This document shows, piece after piece, positions 1 to 7,046 of a DNA stretch of 11,152 bases. The notes under the pieces were generated by a model, which worked only from the letters and a program-made list of their open reading frames with translations, did not search any database and was not told the DNA's origin. The stretch comes from Chthoniobacteraceae bacterium (lineage in GTDB: Bacteria > Verrucomicrobiota > Verrucomicrobiia > Chthoniobacterales > Chthoniobacteraceae): contig JANNWY010000080.1 in NCBI GenBank assembly GCA_031409335.1, positions 1 to 11,152 on the forward strand. The letters run 5' to 3'. The stretch's first letter is position 1. Each line of letters begins with the position of its first letter. The position numbers and the translations under genes are program-made.

Positions 1-115
1 CGCCGACGGCATCCATGATGAAGTGGACGAGATGATCGGCGGGCACCCTCTGGCGCAAGTCCGGCGGCAATAACAGCGGCGTGTCGTGGTCGATGTTGAC
101 GAAGCGGGCAGGCAT
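1..115 (-). mobile_element. N-terminus of an IS1182-family (DUF772-type) transposase, running off the left edge
   Basis: Manual minus-strand translation from ATG at 115 gives MPARFVNIDHDTPLLLPPDLRQRVPADHLVHFIMDAVG, open to the window edge. This matches the recalled IS1182 N-terminal pattern (D..Q/T.LLLPP.L..W.P..HL..F). A purine-rich GAAAGGGA lies directly before the ATG. The ORF is absent from the track because it is short and truncated. Confidence 0.8.
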
Positions 116-138
116 TCCCTTTCAACCCGCCAACCCAT

Positions 139-1077
139 CAATGGCGCGAGCGGCTCTCGGTTTTCCTCGGGATCGACTTGAAGGCCATCGGCGTCATTGC
201 CGGCGGGAAAAAATCGCCGACCGGCAGCGTCGATATCGCTTTGCTGCAAAGCCTCAGTCGCAAAGGTGAGGTGCCTGATTTTGTCGGCGATTACGGTCAC
301 GTCATTGTCGATGAATGCCATCACCTTTCCGCGTTCAGCTTCGAGACGGTGCTTCGGCGCGTGAAGGCGCGATTCGTCCTCGGTCTCACCGCCACACCCA
401 TCCGAAAAGACGGACATCATCCCATCATCTTCATGCAGTGCGGACCGATTCGATTTCGCGTGGACGCACGGAAGCACGCAGCGACACGGCCCTTCGATCA
501 CGTCGTCATTCCATGCCCGACGTGTTTCCAAATTCCGCCCGGTGCCGAATTACCCATTCAGCAAATCTACGCCGAACTCACCACCAACGAGCGCCGCAAT
601 GCGCAGATTGTTCGCGATGTGCTCGCAGCCGTCGCCGAAGGCCGCTCGCCGCTGGTGCTCACGGAGCGAAAATCGCACGCAGACACACTCGCCGGCGCGC
701 TGCGCGGAAAGGTTGCGCATGTCGTCGTGCTCAAAGGCGGTCAGGACGCGAACGTCCGCGCCGCTGCCGCCAGCGAACTGGCCGCGATCCCTCAGGACGC
801 CCCGCGCGTTATCATCGCAACCGGCCGATACATCGGCGAGGGCTTCGACGACAGTAGGCTCGACACACTGTTTCTCGCGCTGCCCATCTCGTGGCGGGGC
901 ACGCTCCAGCAATACGTTGGCCGACTCCACCGCCTTCACACCGGCAAGACCGAGGTGCGTGTCCATGACTACATCGACGGCGCAGTGCCCGTGCTTTCAC
1001 GGATGTTCGACAAACGCCGCCGCGGCTACGAGGCCGTCGGTTACGCCATCCGTGACGACAGCGCGCCCGCTACATGA
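139..1077 (+). pseudogene. 5'-truncated superfamily II DEAD/DEAH-box helicase (type III restriction Res subunit-like; resembles the C-terminal half of primase-helicase proteins found in islands)
   Basis: Motif II (VIVDECHH), motif III (GLTATP), the IATGRYIGEGFD motif V region and motif VI (QYVGRLHR) are present. Family-like sequence QWRERLSVFLG extends upstream of the TTG at 178 to 139, then breaks. There is an in-frame TGA at 97-99 and no Walker A (GxGKT). Confidence 0.8.
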
Positions 1078-1143
1078 TGACCAAAATCAATTCACGCTAA
1101 GGCAGCGCATCAAATAGCGTAATTTGTATCGGTGCAAACGAGC

Positions 1144-1161
1144 TCAACTCCCCTCGCCTCC
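1144..1161 (+). other. Putative attR: displaced 3' fragment of a tmRNA or tRNA-Ala gene
   Basis: TCAACT-CCCCT-CGCCTCC parses as T-loop, 3' T-stem strand and 3' acceptor strand. CGCCTCC would pair with GGGGGCG, giving the G3·U70 alanine determinant. The 5' T-stem strand and ACCA are absent. Confidence 0.6.
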
Positions 1162-1200
1162 CCTTTCTTGATTCCGCGGGACTTGCGGAGCGTCGAAAGG
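1162..1200 (+). other. Stem-loop immediately after the putative att site
   Basis: Pairings are CCTTTC(1162-1167)/GAAAGG(1195-1200), GAT/GTC and TCCGCGG(1173-1179)/TTGCGGA(1183-1189). No U-tract follows, so it is not a classical intrinsic terminator. Confidence 0.45.
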
Positions 1201-1245
1201 CGCGGCAGTTGGAATCGCTTACCCGGCAGTGCTGCCTCGCGGGGA

Positions 1246-1461
1246 ATGGGAAAGCCGTTGCGTAGCGTCATCCGCGAATTCCATTTCGAGAAAGACCTCG
1301 CGGAACTGATTGGCGACTTCGCCGAGGCGGATGATTTCGTCGCGGGTGCGGAATGGCTGCTCGCGCAGAATCCCGAAATCGGGTTTCGCACGGGCGAAGG
1401 CTCGGCAGGGAAATCCGGCCCGAGGCTTTGGGTGCGTTTACGGCGCGGCGTTTCGCGGTGA
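1246..1461 (+). CDS. Small hypothetical protein (71 aa), possibly a RelE/HigB-like toxin-fold protein with a truncated or replaced C-terminus
   Basis: ATG at 1246 follows GGGGA. MGKPLRSVIREFHFEKDLAELIGDFAEADDFVAGAEWLLAQNPEIG looks protein-like and echoes the RelE N-terminal layout (beta strand, F.K.L..L helix, L..NP..G). The 38 residues upstream in ORF 1132..1461 look non-coding. Confidence 0.45.
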   Translation: MGKPLRSVIREFHFEKDLAELIGDFAEADDFVAGAEWLLAQNPEIGFRTGEGSAGKSGPRLWVRLRRGVSR

Positions 1462-1607
1462 CATGAGGAAGAGCACTGTTTCAGTCAGCGCCTCTGGATT
1501 GAAACAGCGGCCCTTTGTGTTTCGGTCAATGCTTCCCTGCTCCGGCATTTCATGACCAGAACCACGCCGCCGGGCGCGTGCGAAAACGTCCGTTGGACAA
1601 TCCCTGC
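1405..1607 (+). ncRNA. Candidate ~200-nt structured RNA or folded element of unknown class
   Basis: Nested pairings found by hand: GCAGGGA/TCCCTGC, TCCGGC/GTTGGA, GCGTT/GGCGC, CGGCG/CGCCG, GCGT/ACGC, GGT/ACC, CATGAGG/TTTCATG and GAGCA/TGCTC. These enclose a hairpin at 1476-1507. Confidence 0.4.
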
Positions 1608-1623
1608 ACCTCCATCTTTCCGG

Positions 1624-1651
1624 TTGACGCTCCTGAAAAATAACGCATCAT
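1624..1651 (+). promoter_or_regulatory. Putative sigma70-type promoter of ahcY
   Basis: TTGACG (1624-1629), a 16-nt spacer with an A-tract, then CATCAT (1646-1651), 75 nt before the ahcY ATG. Confidence 0.55.
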
Positions 1652-1674
1652 CCCATCAAGATTGGAAGATGCGT
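1643..1674. promoter_or_regulatory. Palindromic operator overlapping the ahcY -10/+1 region (SahR/SamR-like)
   Basis: ACGCATCATCCCATCAAGATTGGAAGATGCGT has 13 of 16 positions self-complementary. It contains CATC-N10-GATT (1646-1663) and CATC-N10-GATG (1654-1671). Confidence 0.55.
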
Positions 1675-1726
1675 CCGCTTGAACTATCTGGACGTTCTTC
1701 ATTTAGAAACCTTCAAAACATCCCAA

Positions 1727-3157
1727 ATGAGCACCACAACACAGACCGCAAAATTCACCGATTACAAAGTCGCCGACATCAAACTCGCCGAATGGGGCCG
1801 CAAAGAGATGGTCATTGCTGAGCAGGAAATGCCCGGCCTCATGTCCATCCGCCAAAAATACGCGCCCGCGAAACCACTCAAGGACGTGCGCATCACCGGG
1901 TCGTTGCACATGACGATTCAGACGGCGGTGCTGATTGAGACACTCGTCGATCTCGGTGCCGATGTGCGCTGGGCTTCGTGCAACATTTTCTCCACGCAGG
2001 ATCAGGCTGCGGCGGCGATCGCGGCGACTGGCGTGCCGGTCTTTGCGTGGAAGGGCGAAACGTTGGAGGAATATTGGGACTGCACTTGGAAGGCGATCGT
2101 GAACAATGATGGCAAAGGTCCGCAGCTTGTCGTCGATGACGGCGGTGATGTGACGCTTTTCATCCACAAGGGCTATGAACTCGAAGAGGGTAGCGACTGG
2201 GTGAACAGCGAGAGCGGCTCGCACGAGGAGAAGGTGATCAAGGGTTTGCTGAAGAAGGTCCACGCGGAGAACCCATTCATCTTCCACGAGATGGTGAAGG
2301 ACTGGCGCGGCGTTTCCGAAGAAACGACGACTGGCGTGCATCGCCTCTACAAGCTGCACGAACAGCACAAGCTGCTGGTGCCTGCGTTCAACGTGAATGA
2401 CTCGGTGACTAAGTCAAAGTTCGATAACTTGTATGGCTGCCGCCACTCGCTCGTCGATGGCTTGAATCGCGCGATCGACGTGATGATCTCCGGTAAGGTC
2501 GCAGTCGTCTGCGGCTACGGCGACGTGGGGAAAGGCTCCGCGCAATCGCTGCGCGGGCAGGGCGCGCGGGTTATCGTTACTGAGATCGATCCGATCAATG
2601 CGCTGCAAGCGGCGATGGAAGGGTATGAAGTCACGACCATCGAGGAAACGCTCGGTCGCGGCGACATCTACGTCACCACCACGGGAAACTTGGACGTGCT
2701 AACCATTGAGCATATTTCCAAGATGAAAGATCAGGCAGTGATTGCGAACATCGGCCATTTCGACAACGAGATTCAGGTCGATAAGCTCGTGAACTATCCA
2801 GGCATCAAGCACGTGAACATCAAGCCGCAGGTTGATAAGTATATCTTCCCAAATGGCAACGAAGTCTTCTTGCTCGCCGAAGGTCGTCTCGTGAACCTCG
2901 GCTGCGCCACCGGGCATCCGTCGTTTGTGATGAGCAACAGCTTCTCGAACCAAACTCTCGCTCAGCTCGACCTTTGGAAAAACAAGGATCTCTACAAGCC
3001 AGGCGTTTATGTCCTGCCGAAGAAGTTGGACGAAGAAGTGGCCCGGCTGCATCTCGCCAAGATCGGCGTGAAGCTAACCACGCTGACCGCCAAGCAGGCC
3101 GCATATCTCGATGTGCCAGTGGAGGGGCCGTATAAGCCTGATCACTACCGCTACTAG
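1727..3157 (+). CDS. ahcY: Adenosylhomocysteinase (S-adenosyl-L-homocysteine hydrolase), 476 aa
   Basis: Motifs [53 protein letters not shown], the NAD-binding [31 protein letters not shown] and the C-terminal [10 protein letters not shown] are all present. The start is placed at ATG 1727 (MSTTTQ) rather than TTG 1679. Confidence 0.98.
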   Translation: MSTTTQTAKFTDYKVADIKLAEWGRKEMVIAEQEMPGLMSIRQKYAPAKPLKDVRITGSLHMTIQTAVLIETLVDLGADVRWASCNIFSTQDQAAAAIAATGVPVFAWKGETLEEYWDCTWKAIVNNDGKGPQLVVDDGGDVTLFIHKGYELEEGSDWVNSESGSHEEKVIKGLLKKVHAENPFIFHEMVKDWRGVSEETTTGVHRLYKLHEQHKLLVPAFNVNDSVTKSKFDNLYGCRHSLVDGLNRAIDVMISGKVAVVCGYGDVGKGSAQSLRGQGARVIVTEIDPINALQAAMEGYEVTTIEETLGRGDIYVTTTGNLDVLTIEHISKMKDQAVIANIGHFDNEIQVDKLVNYPGIKHVNIKPQVDKYIFPNGNEVFLLAEGRLVNLGCATGHPSFVMSNSFSNQTLAQLDLWKNKDLYKPGVYVLPKKLDEEVARLHLAKIGVKLTTLTAKQAAYLDVPVEGPYKPDHYRY

Positions 3158-3181
3158 GCCGACGCTAACACAGCCAATCAC

Positions 3182-3217
3182 GAAAACCGCCGCGGGATAC
3201 CGCGGCGGTTTTCTTTT
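3182..3217 (+). terminator. Rho-independent terminator of ahcY (potentially bidirectional)
   Basis: A perfect 14-bp stem, GAAAACCGCCGCGG-GATA-CCGCGGCGGTTTTC, is followed by TTTT and starts 24 nt after the stop codon. Confidence 0.92.
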
Positions 3218-3355
3218 GGACGCGGCAACTCCGAATCGGATACAAGAAAGCACTCGACAAATTCGGGTAGCTATGGTTAATAGAAAAATATCGGTTTGCC
3301 CACGGAGCCGACGCACCTCCCTCCAAACACCCCAAACACTTTGCAAATACCGAGT

Positions 3356-4000
3356 ATGACTGCATCCCCTCTGTCTTCATCGTTTTCCAGCCGCACCCCG
3401 ACTGCGCTTTTCACTGCGTGCCTGCTGCTGAGCATCGCCTGGGCGTCCAGTGCGGGAGCAGCCCTCATCACATTCGACGAGTTGCCGAGCCAGCCTGCCG
3501 ACGGCGTCAGCCTTCAAGGGGCTGATTTTCAATTCACGATCGGCGGCATTCCATCGACGGACGCGCAGTTTAACTCCCTCGCCTTCGGCTCGAACACCAC
3601 GGTCAGTCTTCAAGGGTCCACGTTGGCAGGCAGCGCAACCGGCGTGCTCACGATCGATTTTGCGCAACCCATTTCGCTCCTTTCCTTCAACCTCGCGCGC
3701 TTGACCAACCTCACGACAACCGGGGCGACTGTTTCACTTTTCGATTCAGCGCTCACTGGATTCGCATCGACGTCGGTGACGATTGGGAACGTCGTGACGT
3801 TCAGCGAGGCCTTTTACTCCTATTCCGGCAGCACGCCGGTGAAGCGCGCGGTCCTCACTTTCAACGCCGCTGCCGGGCCGCGGTTCGCCATCGACAATCT
3901 CGCCTTCACACCGCAGGCCGTGCCCGAGCTGGGAACATTTCTCGCGGGCGTGCTGCTCACCGGTGTCTGCGGGTGCGTGAGACAGCGTCGGCAGCGGTAG
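3356..4000 (+). CDS. Secreted PEP-CTERM sorting-domain protein (214 aa)
   Basis: There is a signal peptide (LFTACLLLSIAWASSAGA|ALITFD) and an S/T/G-rich beta-type body ending FAIDNLAF. The C-terminus has AVPELGT, a hydrophobic helix and a basic tail RQRRQR. The start is placed at ATG 3356. Confidence 0.88.
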   Translation: MTASPLSSSFSSRTPTALFTACLLLSIAWASSAGAALITFDELPSQPADGVSLQGADFQFTIGGIPSTDAQFNSLAFGSNTTVSLQGSTLAGSATGVLTIDFAQPISLLSFNLARLTNLTTTGATVSLFDSALTGFASTSVTIGNVVTFSEAFYSYSGSTPVKRAVLTFNAAAGPRFAIDNLAFTPQAVPELGTFLAGVLLTGVCGCVRQRRQR

Positions 4001-4147
4001 TCCCGCCCGCTCAGCCACGGGACCTTCCGGCAATTCGTGCCCGTCACGCGATGGAGCATCGTCCCGCGTTTTACAGCCTGCCGGAGCGGCTCGACAAAAA
4101 AGTCACCTGCCTGCCCCACACAGCGAAAGTGCGCGCGACGCCTGGCA

Positions 4148-4176
4148 TTGCCAGATGACCGCGCGACGGTGAAAAT
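4148..4176 (+). promoter_or_regulatory. Putative promoter of aroB, possibly giving a leaderless mRNA
   Basis: TTGCCA-N17-GAAAAT, followed by 7 nt to ATG 4184. The -35 box lies inside the palindrome CTGGCA-T-TGCCAG (4142-4154). Confidence 0.35.
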
Positions 4177-4183
4177 GGTTCCC

Positions 4184-5296
4184 ATGCAACTTCAGTCAGT
4201 CCACGTCGATCTCGGACCGCACAGCTATTCCGTGCTGATCGGGATGGACTCTTTGAAACGCGCGGGTGGTGTTTTTCGCGAAAACAAACTCGGTGGGACG
4301 AACGCCTTCGTGCTGACGAACAAGGATGTCGGCGGCTTGTATTTCCAGACGCTGCACGATGCGCTGATGCTTTCTGGTTTCACAAAAGTGGTGAAGCATG
4401 AGATGCCGGCGACGGAGGAGGGCAAGAGCTGGGATGAGCTTTCCAAAGTGTGCGCCGCGCTCCTCGGGAGTTTTCCCGACACGGGATCGGTGCCGCTGGT
4501 GATTCTGCTCGGCGGCGGCGTGATTGGCGATCTGGGCGGATTCGCGGCGGGGGTGTTTCGGCGCGGGGTGCCGTTTGTGCAGATGCCGACGACGCTGCTG
4601 GCGGCGGTGGATTCCAGCGTGGGTGGAAAGGTCGCGGTGAATTTTGGCGGCGTGAAAAACATCATGGGGATTTTCAATCAGCCGCGGCTCGTGCTGTGCG
4701 ATCTGGCGCTGCTGCGCACGCTCGATCCGCGCGAAGTGCGGAGCGGGATGAGCGAAGTCATCAAGTATGGCGCGGTGTGCAGCAGCGAGCTTTTCGAGCA
4801 ACTGGAAAGTGGCGCGGCGGAGAAGATGCTGGCGCTGGATGCCGCGACGCTCGTGGATGTGGTGACGCGCTGCGTGGAGCTGAAGGCGCGGGTGGTGGAG
4901 CAGGATGAATTCGACAAGAAGGGCATCCGCAATGTGCTGAACTTTGGCCACACGATCGGCCACGCGCTGGAGCTGAGCGCGGACTACGCGCTGACGCACG
5001 GGGAGGCGATCGCGATCGGGATGATGGCGGCGACGCGGATCGCGCGCGGGCTGGAGTATTGTGATGAAGACTTCGCGACGCGGCTCCGGGCCTTGATCGA
5101 GCGGGTGGGTTTGCCGACAACCTTCACGAATGCGCCCGGACTTTTCGAGCGCGTGATGAGCGCGATGCGGATGGACAAGAAATTCCGCGACGGGCGAAAC
5201 GTGTTCGTGCTGCCGACCGGGATCGGCGCGTGGCGGCAGGCGGAGGGCGTGCCGGACGCGCTCATCGAAGACGCAGTCCGCGCCGCGCTAGTGTGA
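4184..5296 (+). CDS. aroB: 3-dehydroquinate synthase (~370 aa)
   Basis: Motifs GGGVIGDLGGF, RGVPFVQMPTTLLAAVDSSVGGK, KN..G.F.QP, EVIKYG, LNFGHTIGHALE, HGEAIAIGM and DKK are present. The start is ATG 4184 or 4175. The extension from 4037 looks non-coding. Confidence 0.95.
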   Translation: MQLQSVHVDLGPHSYSVLIGMDSLKRAGGVFRENKLGGTNAFVLTNKDVGGLYFQTLHDALMLSGFTKVVKHEMPATEEGKSWDELSKVCAALLGSFPDTGSVPLVILLGGGVIGDLGGFAAGVFRRGVPFVQMPTTLLAAVDSSVGGKVAVNFGGVKNIMGIFNQPRLVLCDLALLRTLDPREVRSGMSEVIKYGAVCSSELFEQLESGAAEKMLALDAATLVDVVTRCVELKARVVEQDEFDKKGIRNVLNFGHTIGHALELSADYALTHGEAIAIGMMAATRIARGLEYCDEDFATRLRALIERVGLPTTFTNAPGLFERVMSAMRMDKKFRDGRNVFVLPTGIGAWRQAEGVPDALIEDAVRAALV

Positions 5297-5339
5297 GTGC
5301 GAGACCCGCATGGCGCGGCGAAGCGCGGCATCCATCGCG

Positions 5340-6302
5340 CTATCGCCGTTTGCGCGGGATCGGCGTGGGTGCGGCTTCTGGCTTGGGCTCGCGGTCTTTG
5401 TAAAAGATGAAACCTGAACGGCGCGAATTGGCGATGAGCGCGCGAAGATTCTCCGCGGTCTCGCGATCCGAAAGCAGCAGGCCGAGCGCACCCTGACCGC
5501 TATTGGCCTTGTCGATGAGCGTCTTGCCGGAATCCACCAGGCTCTTCGCGGAGTCGATCGTCTTGCCCGCGCTCGTCGCGACTTTTCGGAATTCCTCCAC
5601 CGTTTTCTTAAACTCCGCCGCCGCATCCTCCGTCGTTTTCATCGTGCCTTTCGCAGAGTCCACCGCGGCATCCGCCTTGGTCATGATCGGGTCGAGCTTC
5701 TTCATGCTCTCGTTGAGATTCGTGCTCGTCGTTTTCAAATTCGCAAAAGTATCCGTCAGATTTTTCATGTTCTGATCGCTCAACAATCCGCTGTGGAGCT
5801 GCGTCGTGATCTTCTGGATTTCCTCGAGCTCCTTGGTGAGTTGATCCATCACCACGCCGCCTTTCTGCGTCAGGTCATCGAGCCCGGCGACACGCGATCC
5901 CTCGATGCGCTCTCCTGGCTCAAACAGGTCGGCCCGGTCAAATTTTTCCGGCGGAATCACATCCACATACCGGTCGCCAAGCAGTCCGCTGCTCCCCACC
6001 ACAAACTGCGCCTTGCGTGGAATCCTCACATCTTCGCGGATTTTCAGAGTCACCTCCACGGCGGCCAGCGAGCCGATCAGTTTCGGAGACGTGGCGACTT
6101 TTCCGACCCGCGCGCCAGCCAGCAGCACATCGGAATCCTTCACCAGGCCGGACGCATTTGGAAACTGGACGAAGAGCGGATACGTCTTTGCAAAGCCCTC
6201 ACCGACCCGGCCAAAGACGATGACCATCACCGCGATCGTCGCCAGGCCGATGAATAGAAACAGCCCGACATAGATTTCGATGCCCTTGCGTTCGGTGCTC
6301 AT
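5340..6302 (-). CDS. mlaD: MlaD/MCE-family substrate-binding protein with a long helical C-terminal region (320 aa)
   Basis: An N-terminal transmembrane segment (VGLFLFIGLATIAVMVIVFG) precedes the MCE motifs F.NASGL...SDV.LAG.RVGKV and GLLGDRYVDVIP. A heptad-rich tail contains GQGALGLLLSD. The gene lies directly downstream of mlaF. Confidence 0.9.
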   Translation of the reverse strand: MSTERKGIEIYVGLFLFIGLATIAVMVIVFGRVGEGFAKTYPLFVQFPNASGLVKDSDVLLAGARVGKVATSPKLIGSLAAVEVTLKIREDVRIPRKAQFVVGSSGLLGDRYVDVIPPEKFDRADLFEPGERIEGSRVAGLDDLTQKGGVVMDQLTKELEEIQKITTQLHSGLLSDQNMKNLTDTFANLKTTSTNLNESMKKLDPIMTKADAAVDSAKGTMKTTEDAAAEFKKTVEEFRKVATSAGKTIDSAKSLVDSGKTLIDKANSGQGALGLLLSDRETAENLRALIANSRRSGFIFYKDREPKPEAAPTPIPRKRR

Positions 6303-6305
6303 GCG

Positions 6306-7043
6306 TCAGTCCGAATCGCCCGAGCGACCCTCGATGAAATCTCGCACGACCGGATCGGGCGACTCGTGCATCTCCTGCGGCAGGCCGTGAAAATAGATGC
6401 GCCCCTCGTGGAGATACGCGATCCGATCCGCGGTGTGATAGGCCGTCTTCATGTCGTGAGTGACGACCACGGAAGTCACCCGCAACCGCTTTTGCAAGCG
6501 ACGAATCAAATGGTTGATCGAGTCCGACGCGATCGGATCGAGGCCCGTCGTCGGTTCATCGTAAAGGATGCACGCCGGGCGTCCGACGATGGTCCGCGCA
6601 AGGCCCACGCGCTTTCTCATGCCGCCGCTGAGGTTCTCCGGCATCTTCTCCTGCTCGCCCGCGAGGTCCACCATTTCGAGCGCTTCCGCCACGCGATCGG
6701 CGATTTCCTTTTTGTCGCGCACGCCCGCTTCCTTCAGCGGAAAGCCGATGTTTTCCTCCACATTCATCGAGTCGAAAAGCGCGCCGCTCTGGAAAAGCAT
6801 CCCGATTTTTTTCCGCACCTCGCCGAGCTTGCGCTCCGGCAGGCCCGCGATGTTTTCGCCCTCGACGAGCACCTCGCCGCGCGTCGGCTGCATGAGGCCG
6901 ATCAGGTGTTTCAAAAGCACGCTTTTCCCACAACCCGAGCGACCCATGATGACGCACGTCTCGCCCGTCGCAATCCGCAGATCGACGCCGCGCAAGACCT
7001 GCTCGGTGCCCAAAGTCTTGTGAAGATCGCGCACTTCGATCAC
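6306..7043 (-). CDS. mlaF: ABC transporter ATP-binding protein, MlaF/Mkl family (245 aa, GTG start)
   Basis: Walker A GRSGCGKS, Q-loop LFQSGALFDSM, signature LSGGMRKRV, YDEPTTGLDP and H-loop VTHD are present. Confidence 0.93.
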   Translation of the reverse strand: MIEVRDLHKTLGTEQVLRGVDLRIATGETCVIMGRSGCGKSVLLKHLIGLMQPTRGEVLVEGENIAGLPERKLGEVRKKIGMLFQSGALFDSMNVEENIGFPLKEAGVRDKKEIADRVAEALEMVDLAGEQEKMPENLSGGMRKRVGLARTIVGRPACILYDEPTTGLDPIASDSINHLIRRLQKRLRVTSVVVTHDMKTAYHTADRIAYLHEGRIYFHGLPQEMHESPDPVVRDFIEGRSGDSD

Positions 7044-7046
7044 TGC

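Noticed and set aside
1478..1587. A bona fide CRISPR array
   Set aside because: There is only one convincing repeat-like unit, no regular spacing and no cas genes. It is kept only as a speculative solitary-repeat finding.
1440..1726. SAH or SAM-I riboswitch upstream of ahcY
   Set aside because: The GAGGAGCG...GC/AGGCUC core of the SAH class is missing. ATCAAGA and AAGATG are only a few nucleotides apart, with no SAM-I P2/P3 (GGCAACC...GGTGC) between them.
1459..1821. Selenocysteine readthrough of TGA 1459-1461, which is followed by a hairpin and is in frame with ORF 1552..1821
   Set aside because: The readthrough product has no recognisable selenoprotein motif, crosses the ahcY promoter and overlaps ahcY out of frame.
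2160..2300. The ~40-aa insertion in the AhcY catalytic domain as a novelty
   Set aside because: This insert is a known feature of many bacterial, plant and protist SAH hydrolases.
4184..5296. Secondary-metabolite sugar-phosphate cyclase (EEVS/DOIS) instead of AroB
   Set aside because: The motifs (EVIKYG, R..LNFGHTIGHALE, DKK) are canonical for DHQ synthase, and no biosynthetic cluster surrounds the gene.
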